64,000 bases of DNA from a virus, in IMG/VR virus record IMGVR_UViG_3300033186_000013, positions 1-64,000 of that record, one strand, 5' to 3'. This document shows positions 42,945 through 54,150 of this stretch, in pieces; positions within the stretch are counted from its first letter, which is position 1; every line of letters begins with the position of its first letter. The notes under the pieces were generated by a model. That model searched no databases. It was not told the DNA's origin and saw nothing but the letters and a program-made list of their open reading frames with translations. The position numbers and the translations under genes are program-made.

Positions 42945-45245
42945 ATGGATATAGATAGAAGGGATAGGAGTTACCGAGATTCCATTGCGACCAAAATAGA
43001 CCCATTGTCTCTGATAAAGAAAAATGTCTATGAGGAACGCAACAGAAAAAAAACTTGGGAAAACAGAAAGTACACGGACATCGACCCGAACTTTATCTGT
43101 ATATCAAAAGATGGTACTCTCGGAGAAGTATGGAGAGTTGGGAATTTACTAATAGGCATTCCGAGTTCAGAAGGTAAAGAAATCATTAACGCAGATGTTC
43201 GACCCGATAAGGCTATATGGAATCGAACAGAGATACCACAAGACTTTTTAGAGTTAGAGGAAAACTATCGTTCTCAATTAGCAGACGCAACCTCTCAAAC
43301 AGATGTTAAAAACGTTCGTAATTCATACAAAAAGAAACGGTTAATCTTGCTTGATAAATATGAGAATTTTATTGACAAGGAATACCAAAGAAGAAAATAC
43401 GGGCTATTCATAAAAATTGATGAGGAAGTTTTTTACCTCACAGGGGCAAACTATATGTTCCTGAATTATTATTACTTGACCGATTCTGATATGTACCCGT
43501 TGTTTAGAACAACTGCCGTTTATACTTGGTGGCATTGGGAAGCGGTAAAGGCAGATGATGATTCTTTTGGTGAACTTCGTTTTAAGAGCCGTCGTGTTGC
43601 TGCAACATCAGAGGCAGCAAGTGAGGCTTTGAACTATATGACCATAACAAAGTATGGTAACATTCCTATTGTTTCAGAGCGTAAAGAACTTGCGTGGGAG
43701 TTGTTTCAATCCAAGATAGTTGATTCATTCAAGTATTATCCAACGTATTTTAAGCCCGTCATAAATGACCCGAACGACCTTCCAAAAACAAAAATTGAGA
43801 TTACACACGATACTCCAAAGAGTGAGACATCGCGTATCAAAACATATCCTACGAAACTTACGGCTTACGATAGTACCCGTGTAAATCCATTCGCTATTAA
43901 TGATGAGGTTTTCAAGTTTGAGGAAATTGATTTTTCTCAATTCCGTTCGCGCCACAAAAGGTGTTATAATAAGAGTAGGCACACAAAACCAAAAGGCAAG
44001 TTTTTCTCTACCACAGGGGACAAGAAACTTAATACTGCGTCCGCACAGTATGAATGGGAAAACTCTAATCCTCTAAATAGAGATAAAACAGGAAGCACTA
44101 ACACAGGACTTATTGCTCTTTTCGTTGACTGTTGTTATACTTGGGCGGAAGAAGCAATGTTTGATAAGTGGGGATACCCTATTGTTCACGACCCAAAAGA
44201 ACCTATTGAAAATGAAATTGGTGAAATTGTGGAGTATGGGGCAATAACTAAATGGAAAATTGAGGAAGCAAACGCCAAAGGAATGAAAAAGAGTGAATTA
44301 AACTCTTTTTACAGAAATGTTCCGAGAACAATAGAACACGCTTTGCGGGATGAAGGCGGAATGAATAATGATTTTGATATTGATAATTTAAACGCTCACT
44401 TAGATTATCTAAACAATTTGACAGACCACGAGAAAAAAGAACTGATATTCACAGGAAACCTTGCGTGGAAAGGCGAGCCGTATAAGTCAGATGTTCAATG
44501 GATTCCAAACCCTAAAGGGAAGTTTGTAACTACTTGGATTCCGCCAAAAGAGTTGCAGAATCAATCAGAAATGAAAGTACCTTTTTGGAATAAAAAGATG
44601 GGTAAAATAAAACAACCATCTAATCACCATATAGGATGTTTCGGAGTGGATTCTTACGATATGTTCGGTCAAACTAAAGATGGTTCGGGTTCTCCCCTTG
44701 CTTTGGCTGCATACAGCAAATTTAATATGGAAGGTGCGCCGTGCCATTCTCTCTTTATAAAATACATTGAACGTCCTAAAAGACCCGAAGATGCGTATGA
44801 TGATGTAATTATGGCTATGCAGTTTTGGGGATTCTACGCAAACATAGAAAACAATAAGGCGAAGATATTAGAACATATAGAAGAACACGGCTACACAGGA
44901 TATGTTCTACGCAGACCCGATAAAAAACCAAAAGACCTAAGTGATGCAGAGAAGAAATATGGCGGTCAGCCGAGTTCTACGAAAGTCATAGAAGATGAAG
45001 CAAGTCTTTTGAAAACTCATATATTGGATAGAATTGGTGTCAACTTAGAAGAAGGTGAGTGTACTTGTTACATCAAAGAATTCATAAAAGCGTGGATTAA
45101 GTTCAATATCAATAAAAGAAAAGAACACGATTTGGCAGTCGCATCAGGGAAAGCAATGATGGGCGCACAATTTAAAGTTAAACAACGTAAGTCATTTGAA
45201 GGAGTTGGTCAAAACAATGTCAATTTAGCAGCATTTGGCGCGTGA
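42945..45245 (+). CDS. terL: terminase large subunit
   Basis: Deviant Walker A FKSRRVAATSE (K-S-x-R-x-G/A-x-S/T type, ~43581-43613), Walker B-like FAINDEVF (~43893-43910), and a nuclease-type block HIGCFGVDSYD then LALAAYS (~44632). The size is consistent. Confidence 0.6.
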   Translation: MDIDRRDRSYRDSIATKIDPLSLIKKNVYEERNRKKTWENRKYTDIDPNFICISKDGTLGEVWRVGNLLIGIPSSEGKEIINADVRPDKAIWNRTEIPQDFLELEENYRSQLADATSQTDVKNVRNSYKKKRLILLDKYENFIDKEYQRRKYGLFIKIDEEVFYLTGANYMFLNYYYLTDSDMYPLFRTTAVYTWWHWEAVKADDDSFGELRFKSRRVAATSEAASEALNYMTITKYGNIPIVSERKELAWELFQSKIVDSFKYYPTYFKPVINDPNDLPKTKIEITHDTPKSETSRIKTYPTKLTAYDSTRVNPFAINDEVFKFEEIDFSQFRSRHKRCYNKSRHTKPKGKFFSTTGDKKLNTASAQYEWENSNPLNRDKTGSTNTGLIALFVDCCYTWAEEAMFDKWGYPIVHDPKEPIENEIGEIVEYGAITKWKIEEANAKGMKKSELNSFYRNVPRTIEHALRDEGGMNNDFDIDNLNAHLDYLNNLTDHEKKELIFTGNLAWKGEPYKSDVQWIPNPKGKFVTTWIPPKELQNQSEMKVPFWNKKMGKIKQPSNHHIGCFGVDSYDMFGQTKDGSGSPLALAAYSKFNMEGAPCHSLFIKYIERPKRPEDAYDDVIMAMQFWGFYANIENNKAKILEHIEEHGYTGYVLRRPDKKPKDLSDAEKKYGGQPSSTKVIEDEASLLKTHILDRIGVNLEEGECTCYIKEFIKAWIKFNINKRKEHDLAVASGKAMMGAQFKVKQRKSFEGVGQNNVNLAAFGA

Positions 45246-45298
45246 TGATTACCATTGCGCTAACTCTTTGAAAATGAAAAAAACTATTTTTACACATT

Positions 45299-47722
45299 AT
45301 GGGTTATGTATATACAAAATTTCCTGATGATTTTGCTACAAACGAAGAAAAGTCAAGTCTTGAATTCGGGCAAAAAGTAGGCGAGGCTATTGAAACGCAA
45401 TGGTTTGATGGTCGTCTTACGGTTCGCAGAAAATGGATAAGAAAAATGCGTGAATACGGTAAAGGTGAGCAGACCACCGATTACCAACGTATGATTGAAG
45501 GCGACAGAAAAAAGAAGGAAAAACTTAAAGTAAAGACACATAAGATTGATTACTCTGTCCTAAAGGTAATGCCTACCTTCAAGGATATTTTAATAAATGC
45601 CATTGACGAAAGTTTATTTAAACCGAGAGCAGAGGCGATTGATATTACTGCCGTAAACAAAAAACAAGCCTTCTTCCGAAAACTGGATGAGGATTTCTAC
45701 ACGCAGGACATCGCAAAAATAGTTTCTGACGGTACAGGCATAGATGTTAACCCAACAGATGTTGCTAAAAATGAACAGCAATTACGTGTCAGAAAACTTG
45801 AATATAAGCCCCGTATAGAAATAGCACAAGAGTTGGCTATTGAAAACGTATTTAAACACCAAAGGTTTGAATCTATAAAAGATAAAATGGATGAGGACTT
45901 GGTTGACTTAGGAATAGCCGTTGGTCGCCAATATACAGACCACGCAGAAGGTTTAAGGCTTCGATATGTTGACCCATTTAATTACATCCACAGCACATTT
46001 GAACTTGACAATGGCGATGATATTCGGTATCACGGTGAACTTGTCTATGGAACTATTGGTCAATTATTGAAGGAAGCGGGCAGAGAATTAGAATCAGACG
46101 AGTTACTTGCTATAAAAAATTACGCAATAGATGACCCGAATAATACTCGCCCTTATGACCATTCAGAAGATGGTGAGCGTTTGATTGAATATGTTTCCTA
46201 TGCTTATTTGGTAACGGAGAGTAGGGTATTCAAGAAACTTCGTAAGAATAAATCGGTAAAGGCTGTTGACCGCACAAAGGACGGCTTCAATCCTTCAAAC
46301 AAGAATAAAAAAATCGACATCCCATACAATATTTGGTATGAGGGTGTATATGTTCCATCAGCAAAAGTTCTATTAAAATGGCAAAAAATTCCAAATCAGG
46401 TAGAAAAAGAAGTAAACAATCCAATAAGCCCGTTCGTGGTTTACGCTCCAAAAGTAAAACGAATAAGCGAAAGAGGTCATATTAGATTTGATAGTTTAGT
46501 TCAAAGAGCGATTCCAATTATTGATGACCTTCACAGGACGTGGTTTAAGTTTCAGCAACTTAAAATGGAACTTCGCCCAAATACTGCTGTTATAAGCCCA
46601 AAGGCTTTAAACAATGTTTTCCTTAGTGGTCAGCAAGTTAATCCGCAGGATGTTCTTGACTTATTCTTTGGTCGTGGTATTTTACTCGCGGATGAAGTTG
46701 ATGAGGATGGCGACCCTATTGGGCGAGCAATCAGGGAAGAAGGTGGCGGAATAAACAACACCGCATTAGGATTCTTGTCTAATGAGATTGTGAATAGTTA
46801 CCAAAGGCTTCGTCAGTTAGTTGGTATAAATGAGTTGAGAGACGGAACTACGCGCCCTAACAGTAAAACATCCGTTACTGTCCAAAAACTTCTTTTGGCG
46901 AGTTCTAATAATGCAACAAATCATATTGTAAAAGCCAGTTTCCAAATATCCCTTCGATTCGCAGAGGTTGTTTCATTGAGGCTATACGACATCCTTACAA
47001 CAAAAGCATTGAAGGATAGGTATATGAGCATTATAGGCAGTAACAATGTTGAGTTGCTTGACGCTATAAAGGCATTGCCTATGCACAAATTCGGCATATA
47101 CTTTGACTTTAAGCCTGATAATGAGGAACGAATTGCTTTTGAACAATCGTTAATAACTTCACTTAATGCAAGAGAGATTAATGTTGCTCAATACAATAAG
47201 GCTCGTCAGATACGGAATGTTAAGAGTGCCGTAAAGTATTTAGAGTTTACCATAGATGCGAATGCGAAGCGTTCCGAAGCCGAAAGAATTAATAACATAC
47301 AGGCGCAGGCAGAGGCTAATGCTCAAACCACTTTGGTTTCCGAAAGGAGTAAACAGCAAACGGTTACGGTAGAATACGAAACCAAAAAACAACTTCTGTT
47401 ACTTGAAGAAGAAATCAGAGACAGGGAGCGAAGAAAGAAAGCAATTACTGACGATTTACTCGCGGAGAGAGCGCATACCCGAAAGATGGAAGTTATTAAT
47501 GCACAAACATCAGGAATCATTGAGAAAGAAACTTTAAAGGAAGATAGGAAAGACCAAAGAATCGACCAACAAAGTTCCAATCAATCTGAACTGATTGAAC
47601 AAAGAAAGAATAATACGGGAGTAAAAAACTTCTCTGATGCAAGTCAGTCAACTTCTGAATTTCAAACAGAATTAGACAAGATTTTTGATGAGAGTAGATT
47701 ACTGCCAAACCAAGATACTTAA
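45299..47722 (+). CDS. portal protein candidate
   Basis: 807 aa, directly downstream of terL, with a long charged helical C-terminus. No diagnostic motif visible by eye. Confidence 0.45.
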   Translation: MGYVYTKFPDDFATNEEKSSLEFGQKVGEAIETQWFDGRLTVRRKWIRKMREYGKGEQTTDYQRMIEGDRKKKEKLKVKTHKIDYSVLKVMPTFKDILINAIDESLFKPRAEAIDITAVNKKQAFFRKLDEDFYTQDIAKIVSDGTGIDVNPTDVAKNEQQLRVRKLEYKPRIEIAQELAIENVFKHQRFESIKDKMDEDLVDLGIAVGRQYTDHAEGLRLRYVDPFNYIHSTFELDNGDDIRYHGELVYGTIGQLLKEAGRELESDELLAIKNYAIDDPNNTRPYDHSEDGERLIEYVSYAYLVTESRVFKKLRKNKSVKAVDRTKDGFNPSNKNKKIDIPYNIWYEGVYVPSAKVLLKWQKIPNQVEKEVNNPISPFVVYAPKVKRISERGHIRFDSLVQRAIPIIDDLHRTWFKFQQLKMELRPNTAVISPKALNNVFLSGQQVNPQDVLDLFFGRGILLADEVDEDGDPIGRAIREEGGGINNTALGFLSNEIVNSYQRLRQLVGINELRDGTTRPNSKTSVTVQKLLLASSNNATNHIVKASFQISLRFAEVVSLRLYDILTTKALKDRYMSIIGSNNVELLDAIKALPMHKFGIYFDFKPDNEERIAFEQSLITSLNAREINVAQYNKARQIRNVKSAVKYLEFTIDANAKRSEAERINNIQAQAEANAQTTLVSERSKQQTVTVEYETKKQLLLLEEEIRDRERRKKAITDDLLAERAHTRKMEVINAQTSGIIEKETLKEDRKDQRIDQQSSNQSELIEQRKNNTGVKNFSDASQSTSEFQTELDKIFDESRLLPNQDT

Positions 47723-47763
47723 ATACAAATAGGTTAGTTTTACATTAATTAAATGCAATAAAG

Positions 47764-49284
47764 ATGGTTATTAAGAACAAAATATTTTCATCGGGACAAG
47801 TTGTAACCATTGCAACGGGACAGGACTACACATTAAAGGATGATGAGGTCTATATCAATAATCACACTTACAAGAAGCGTGATTTAGAAATAAAACTCGA
47901 CACGCCTACGGAACTTCGCACACAAGAACAAGTTAAAATTGGCGTGCGATTAAGAGGTGGTATGAAAAGCCTTCCCGCAGATTTCGGCTTATATAATGAA
48001 TGGGAAGTCGATAATGCAGTTCCAACAAGTTTAGCCGATGCAATCGAATTGATAACTACGTGTATCTACACGAGTTCAGACACAGCCTTGCTTGCTGCTA
48101 TATTAGCAGAGGTACAGGCTATAAATCAGAATACAGACGAACTGGAAGATGTTGTTAGAAAAGACATCGAGTTAGTTCCTGCGAGTGAGTTAAGTCCTGA
48201 TGGCTCACGCAGGCTATTACAAGTCGAGTATGCTGTTACTTTAGATGGAACAAAAACACTTGTAGGTGTAACGGAATTAGATGGAAGCGCAGTTACCGAT
48301 GGCTCTGTTCCTGTTTTCCCTTCATCTTCGGGAGTGGTTAAAACAGAAATTGTTATTTGTGTTAATGAGAAGATTGTTCACGTAAACGATTTTGAGGACA
48401 ATACCACAGGTGATTTTGATAGCGGAACAACCTTTACAGACGCGTATCCGCCTAACGGAATTCGACTTGAACTTGTAGATGGCGAAACTGCTCTTGACGG
48501 AACTTTCGATAACCTTACTGCTAAGTTTAAGCACGAGGTTTCTTTTCAGTTATTCTTTGACGGAATTACAACAAATCAATTAGTTGTAGAGGTTCAAGAC
48601 GCAGACGATAACTCTGTTCTTGAAACGTTGACTGTCGTAGAAAATCCTGCAAATGATGGCACATATAAGATAGAATTTACTGCTCCTGATTCAGAAGAAA
48701 TTATTTTAAGGTTTAATACGTCTGCAATGGATTCTACCACTTGGATAGATGACGTTGTAATTAAGAGGCTTCAAACAGGTGCTTCTTTAGCAAAAAGATT
48801 CGATGAGGCTTCAAATGAATTGACAGCAGACAGGAAGTTCTTTTTAAGTGGAGTTCTTATCCCTGCAATACCTTCTGACGAGTTTTCGGAAGGAAGTTGT
48901 CAAGTAGATTTATCAGATGTTATTGCTCGTTTAGAGGATATGATACCCGAAGAAGGGACTGTCAATATTTCCGAACAAGCCGACATTAGCGGTCAGTCAG
49001 GAACAATAACAGACCCATCATCATTTTCTTTTGTTTGGGGAAATAATGCAGCAGGAAGTTTTACTGTAACCAACACGGTTACTGGCAAAACTACTACATA
49101 TAATGCGTCAAGTGGTATCGCACCGTCTAACGCTGTCGATGAAGGCAGATTAAGTTTAGAAGAACATACTTTTGATGCGAGCGGAGCGTCAGACCTTTGG
49201 TTGAACGTTCAAGGTTCTCGAATCGTATTATCTCTTATAGGAATAGGAGTTATGATTGTTGAGAACACGTTTATAGTTGGTTAA
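47764..49284 (+). CDS. virion structural protein candidate
   Basis: 506-aa T/S/D/E-rich ORF at the start of the fibre region. Confidence 0.4.
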   Translation: MVIKNKIFSSGQVVTIATGQDYTLKDDEVYINNHTYKKRDLEIKLDTPTELRTQEQVKIGVRLRGGMKSLPADFGLYNEWEVDNAVPTSLADAIELITTCIYTSSDTALLAAILAEVQAINQNTDELEDVVRKDIELVPASELSPDGSRRLLQVEYAVTLDGTKTLVGVTELDGSAVTDGSVPVFPSSSGVVKTEIVICVNEKIVHVNDFEDNTTGDFDSGTTFTDAYPPNGIRLELVDGETALDGTFDNLTAKFKHEVSFQLFFDGITTNQLVVEVQDADDNSVLETLTVVENPANDGTYKIEFTAPDSEEIILRFNTSAMDSTTWIDDVVIKRLQTGASLAKRFDEASNELTADRKFFLSGVLIPAIPSDEFSEGSCQVDLSDVIARLEDMIPEEGTVNISEQADISGQSGTITDPSSFSFVWGNNAAGSFTVTNTVTGKTTTYNASSGIAPSNAVDEGRLSLEEHTFDASGASDLWLNVQGSRIVLSLIGIGVMIVENTFIVG

Positions 49285-49302
49285 CATTTTAAAATTTATA
49301 CA

Positions 49303-49815
49303 ATGGCTATTCAAGACAAAACAACACTAAAATCCTTTTTTGAGACTGGCGACGTGCCAACACAGGCGCAATTTGCCGATTTGATTGATACGATATTCGG
49401 AACAATGTTCTCGGAAGATGAAATTGTTTTTGGAAGTTTTGGTGGTGTTACGGTTTATCGTAAGGTTATAAACTTCACGCCTGCATCTTTGGGTGATACC
49501 ACCATAGACAGCAACCCGTATAAAGTATTAACTCATAACTTAGGTGTTGGTCAGTATGTTGACTTCAAATTGATTGGCAGAAACTCTACTGTATTCAGTA
49601 GTTTGTACGATTACTTCGTAGAAACTCCTGATTCACAATCTACGGGTTCGGCAATCATACACAGTTTCGACATCGCAAATACTACCCAATCGGGTAGTGC
49701 GGGAATACCAAATACTTTTGCTACCAATCTTATCAATTTAGGTGATGGTGGAAATGGTGCTTTCCCAACAGACGGAAACTATACATTAATCTTGTACTAT
49801 ACAAAGGCATCTTAA
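49303..49815 (+). CDS. tail fibre-associated protein
   Basis: The N-terminal motif KSFFETGDVPTQAQFADLIDTIF is recalled as recurring at the N-termini of tail fibre proteins of marine phages. Confidence 0.45.
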   Translation: MAIQDKTTLKSFFETGDVPTQAQFADLIDTIFGTMFSEDEIVFGSFGGVTVYRKVINFTPASLGDTTIDSNPYKVLTHNLGVGQYVDFKLIGRNSTVFSSLYDYFVETPDSQSTGSAIIHSFDIANTTQSGSAGIPNTFATNLINLGDGGNGAFPTDGNYTLILYYTKAS

Positions 49816-49828
49816 TAGAAATTACCCA

Positions 49829-51682
49829 ATGGGAGCAGGACACAATAAACATACGAGCGCAGTAAGAAAACTAACTTTTGATGAGTTAGTTACCCTTCAA
49901 GACAACAAGCAGTTTGTCATTGGCGGGCAGTATGTGTTATTGGACTATGAACACAAGTATTATGTGGAAAACTCTATGACGGGTGAAATAGAAAATGAAG
50001 TTGAGATATTACAGAATGTTTCAGGCTTTGCTTTTTTTGACCCGCCTCTTACTGATTTAGCACAAGGAAGTCAAGTTGAAATAACCGAACTTCCTGCCAC
50101 CTATACAGGTACAGAGCAAGTTGGGGACATAGTTGTTGTAACTCAATATTTTTCAGGTGGGTTCTTCATAAACTTTAACACAGAATTAGAGGACATCATT
50201 GGTGCTAAATTCAAATACACTAAAGACAGGTTCGATGTAGCCACCTCATTGAATGGTCAAACCATAAATGACGGGAACGGAAAGCCAGTTATGACACCAA
50301 TAGGTATCGTTAACACAGATGTTCACGACGGAACGCCTTATATGGATATGACTGCGCAGGAAAACAAGCCTGTGTTTACAGAAGAAATTGCACTTACCGC
50401 TATATCTGATTGTGAATTGTCTTTAGACGCAGAGAGCCTTACTTACGTTGGTGATGTGATAACGTATGATTTCAATGATAGAGAGGTTAAGAACGCAAAT
50501 GGCACTGTCATAGCCACAAGAAAAGGATTCATAAAGAGGCGCGTAAATGAGGTTTTGAATATTGACATTGATAAAGATTGGAGAGCGCACCGTTACAGAA
50601 GATATAAGGTTCAAGATACAGCGTCTTGGAATAATTATATTCTGAACAATTCGGTTGATAACTCATTGTATTTGATGGGTGGAACAAATGCTTTCACTTT
50701 GGCAAACGAAACAAGTATTTCGGAAGAACATAAATACATTATGCCTTCTGTGGAGAACATAGACTTTTACCAAGACTTCACTAACATAGGCGTTGATAGC
50801 AATGTTTTTTTAACGGGTCAGGCAACCGCTCCCGCAATCGTTTATGGCGGTAGATTTGAAAGCGCGGGACAGGAAGAATTTAGGCAAGACCTTATTACTT
50901 TGACACCCGAAAATGCAAAGGATATTTTTATACTTAGTGTAGATGATAATTATGAGCCGTTGTCTAATGTTCAGTTTGCAGTTGTCAATAGTCTTGAAAA
51001 TACTGTTTTCAGAAACCTTCCGTTCCAGTATGGAGAATCAGGAGATTTAAGAGTTCGTGTTTCTGATGGTATGAACACCTGTACATTTATGACCCATCCG
51101 AATATAACATCGGATTCTTATAAGTCAGGAACGTCTATACTAAGCGTTACAGCAATAGATTTGTTTATACTGAACAATAGCGGTCTGTTTTTTAATGTAA
51201 ACTGTTTGAGTTCTACCGAGATAAAGAATGAAGGAGAGACAGCATACCTGACAACAGGTGGCTCTCCTGAAACTGCTAATCAATTTGGAGTGTCGTATAT
51301 GAGTATTTATATTGATGACACGACAATTTTAAGGAATTGCATATTTGGTGGCAAGCGAGTTGACCGATTGAAGTTTGTAAACTACATCGCTGTTAAATGC
51401 TTGATGACTTGGAGTAGAGGACAATACAATACATTCACTAATTCATCAGCGTACCTTACTGCTTTAAAGGCAAACTTGGACGCAATGAATAATGTTTTTT
51501 CCGTAGAAACGGGAACTAACTTAAATGCTAAAAAAGGATTGTTTGGGTACTACTATGATACCTTTACAACTCAATTTGGCAGACAATTTTTTGGAAATAA
51601 TTTAGGGGATATTCTGTATAACGAAATTGATGGTAACAATTTCAATCAGATTACACCCGTCGAATATAGTTTATCGCAGTAG
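49829..51682 (+). CDS. tail fibre/spike candidate
   Basis: 617-aa ORF in the fibre region. No motif recognised. Confidence 0.4.
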   Translation: MGAGHNKHTSAVRKLTFDELVTLQDNKQFVIGGQYVLLDYEHKYYVENSMTGEIENEVEILQNVSGFAFFDPPLTDLAQGSQVEITELPATYTGTEQVGDIVVVTQYFSGGFFINFNTELEDIIGAKFKYTKDRFDVATSLNGQTINDGNGKPVMTPIGIVNTDVHDGTPYMDMTAQENKPVFTEEIALTAISDCELSLDAESLTYVGDVITYDFNDREVKNANGTVIATRKGFIKRRVNEVLNIDIDKDWRAHRYRRYKVQDTASWNNYILNNSVDNSLYLMGGTNAFTLANETSISEEHKYIMPSVENIDFYQDFTNIGVDSNVFLTGQATAPAIVYGGRFESAGQEEFRQDLITLTPENAKDIFILSVDDNYEPLSNVQFAVVNSLENTVFRNLPFQYGESGDLRVRVSDGMNTCTFMTHPNITSDSYKSGTSILSVTAIDLFILNNSGLFFNVNCLSSTEIKNEGETAYLTTGGSPETANQFGVSYMSIYIDDTTILRNCIFGGKRVDRLKFVNYIAVKCLMTWSRGQYNTFTNSSAYLTALKANLDAMNNVFSVETGTNLNAKKGLFGYYYDTFTTQFGRQFFGNNLGDILYNEIDGNNFNQITPVEYSLSQ

Positions 51683-51685
51683 GAT

Positions 51686-54139
51686 ATGGCACTTAGACAA
51701 ATATATAGCAACTTTTGGGTCGGTCTTGAATCGGAACTACCCGCAAACAGACCTTCGGGTTCTCGCTTTCTTGCAGAGAACTCAAAGAAACTTTTTGGGT
51801 ACGATGAAAACGAGTTGCCTTTTGAAGTTGGTGGTGGCGGAAACTATGAAGAAATATGCTATCAGATTACCGAAACAAGTGTTAGTGCTTTTTGGACACT
51901 TACAACCAACGCAGGCACATACCAAGCAAACATAGATTCACAAGGAGAAGAACTTAACTTTAGAGTTAAGACCATAACATACAACGGCACGCCTTATACC
52001 CCGCCCGCAGGTCAGGAAATATTCTTGAAGAAGGCATATTTTGAAGTGAATAGTGCTGAATTTGCTGCGGACTTTAAATCAAAGGTTGAGGCTCAATTTC
52101 CTATAACATTACCGCCAGTTGAAAAAATATTGCTTTTGACTGATGAGACTAATCTTTTCCCTGCGTGGGACAAATTAGTTTTCTTGGATGACGCAAGTGC
52201 AACAGTAGATTACAGTTTAATGGTTCTTGAAATGAAAGCCTTTAAACTTGACGGTACGGAGTTGGGCGGAAGAATTGCTGCTGCGGGAGCAACTACTTTA
52301 GGTTCTTTGACGAGTATAAAAAAAGGATACAAGTTTGTTGACCTTGAAGCGGACACGCAGGTTATATACGACCTTGATGACAATGCGCTTCCAACAGCAA
52401 CAGAAATAGATTGCCCTATAAACTATAACGACATTGTTGGCAGACCGACAGGGTTTCCGACATCAACAGGTGTCGAATTAGAAGGCTATACTGAAAGTGG
52501 TACTCGCGCAGGAGCAGATTTAATTGTAGGAGTGGGCGACCACGACAGTTCTAATAATGGAAATAGAATATCTATTGATGATGGTAATGAGGAATTCACC
52601 TTATATGGCTCTGATAAGATTGGTATTTCTCCACAAGGAAGTATTAATCAGGCTGTATTTGTTCAGAAGTCAGGAAGTTCATTAGAATTGAAACTTACTG
52701 ACGCTTCTACTGCCAACGCGATATTAACATTTGGTGATGGAGCAGGAACGGCAACTTTAAGGACGTTAGGCAACATTTCTCTTAATCAAGATATTTCGGG
52801 TAGTATTTTCAGAATACGCACAGAGAACGCAGCAGGCTCTCTTTTAGAGCGTCTTTTCGTAACAGGAAGGGTTGATGTATCTGTTGCTGCTATTATGAAT
52901 AGCAATGTAGGTATAAATGAAAATACTCCTGAACGTAGATTACACGTAAAAGACAACGCAAAACCCGCATTATTTGAGAATGACAACAGCATTTCTCCTA
53001 CGTTTGAAGTTGTTGAGGTTCGTACCGCAGCAGCAGGGTCATATCTTTATTTTGTAGATACCAATACAACATACATAAATGGTGTTCAAATAGGTTCAAG
53101 AGGCGATGAGTTTGCTATACACACACAAGGAATTGAAAGAGTAAGAGTAGATGAAGATGGTAATGTTGGTATTGGAACTAATTTACCTGATGATAAATTG
53201 CACGTAAACGGCGGAAACATAAAACTTCAAGGTACTGGAACTGTGCCAAGTGCATTTGCACTCATAAGATTTTATGACAACATCAACGCCTTGCACGGAA
53301 ATATCGGATTTAGTGGAATTAGATTCCAAATGATTAATGACATAGCAAGCCCAATACAGATAGGCGATGCAAACAATAATGTTGGTATAGGAACTCCATT
53401 CCCTAATGAAAAATTAGATGTTGCTGGCGATGCAAGATTTGGTGATGCTAATAGTGCAGATTTGTATAATGATAGCGTTACAGGATTCATTAATCTAAGA
53501 GGTGGTACTGAAACGGCAATAAGGCTACATTCAGAAAATCATCCTACTTGGGTTGGTGCTATGGATTTCAGAACAAGTAATATTCAGAGAGCAATCATTC
53601 TAAATTCAGGAGAATTTGGTATCAACACAACAACTCCCGAAGAAAGATTACACGTAAACGGTGTTATCAGACAAGAAACACCTAACGATGACGCTTCAAT
53701 TAATTGGGGCATTGCCGATTATCACGACGGAACAAACATTGCGAACATTTATTATCACATAAAACTACCATACTTTTTTCAAACATCGCCACCTTATAAT
53801 GCTAACGGCGGTCAAAACCATTGGCATTTACACGTAACAGGCTCATCTAATGGGGCTGATACTGCGATTGATTTGAGGTTTATGGGATTCTTGTTCAGTC
53901 CAAATAACATTTTCAATAACTCTGAAACGATTGCTCATAATAATCCCGCAGCAGGCAAAGGAGTTTTAGGTGTTGGAAGTTACATAAGTCCAACAGACAA
54001 TGCGGTTGTATGTTGGTTTCAATTAGAAGGTTCTAATCAAACTCGTTTTAGAGTTGATAGTATGCGTGCGGGTACATCAGGAAATATACTCTCGGAAGGA
54101 GAGGTTACTATAATTCAGTCAACAAATGCTCAAATATAA
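51686..54139 (+). CDS. tail fibre protein with repeated (V/F)GI(G/N)T-x-x-P-x-x-(K/R)L(H/D)V motif
   Basis: Four copies lie between 52904 and 53662: NVGINENTPERRLHVKD, NVGIGTNLPDDKLHVNG, NVGIGTPFPNEKLDVAG and FGINTTTPEERLHVNG. The motif is common in Bacteroidota phage and prophage tail fibre proteins. Confidence 0.6.
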   Translation: MALRQIYSNFWVGLESELPANRPSGSRFLAENSKKLFGYDENELPFEVGGGGNYEEICYQITETSVSAFWTLTTNAGTYQANIDSQGEELNFRVKTITYNGTPYTPPAGQEIFLKKAYFEVNSAEFAADFKSKVEAQFPITLPPVEKILLLTDETNLFPAWDKLVFLDDASATVDYSLMVLEMKAFKLDGTELGGRIAAAGATTLGSLTSIKKGYKFVDLEADTQVIYDLDDNALPTATEIDCPINYNDIVGRPTGFPTSTGVELEGYTESGTRAGADLIVGVGDHDSSNNGNRISIDDGNEEFTLYGSDKIGISPQGSINQAVFVQKSGSSLELKLTDASTANAILTFGDGAGTATLRTLGNISLNQDISGSIFRIRTENAAGSLLERLFVTGRVDVSVAAIMNSNVGINENTPERRLHVKDNAKPALFENDNSISPTFEVVEVRTAAAGSYLYFVDTNTTYINGVQIGSRGDEFAIHTQGIERVRVDEDGNVGIGTNLPDDKLHVNGGNIKLQGTGTVPSAFALIRFYDNINALHGNIGFSGIRFQMINDIASPIQIGDANNNVGIGTPFPNEKLDVAGDARFGDANSADLYNDSVTGFINLRGGTETAIRLHSENHPTWVGAMDFRTSNIQRAIILNSGEFGINTTTPEERLHVNGVIRQETPNDDASINWGIADYHDGTNIANIYYHIKLPYFFQTSPPYNANGGQNHWHLHVTGSSNGADTAIDLRFMGFLFSPNNIFNNSETIAHNNPAAGKGVLGVGSYISPTDNAVVCWFQLEGSNQTRFRVDSMRAGTSGNILSEGEVTIIQSTNAQI

Positions 54140-54150
54140 ATTTAATCAAG

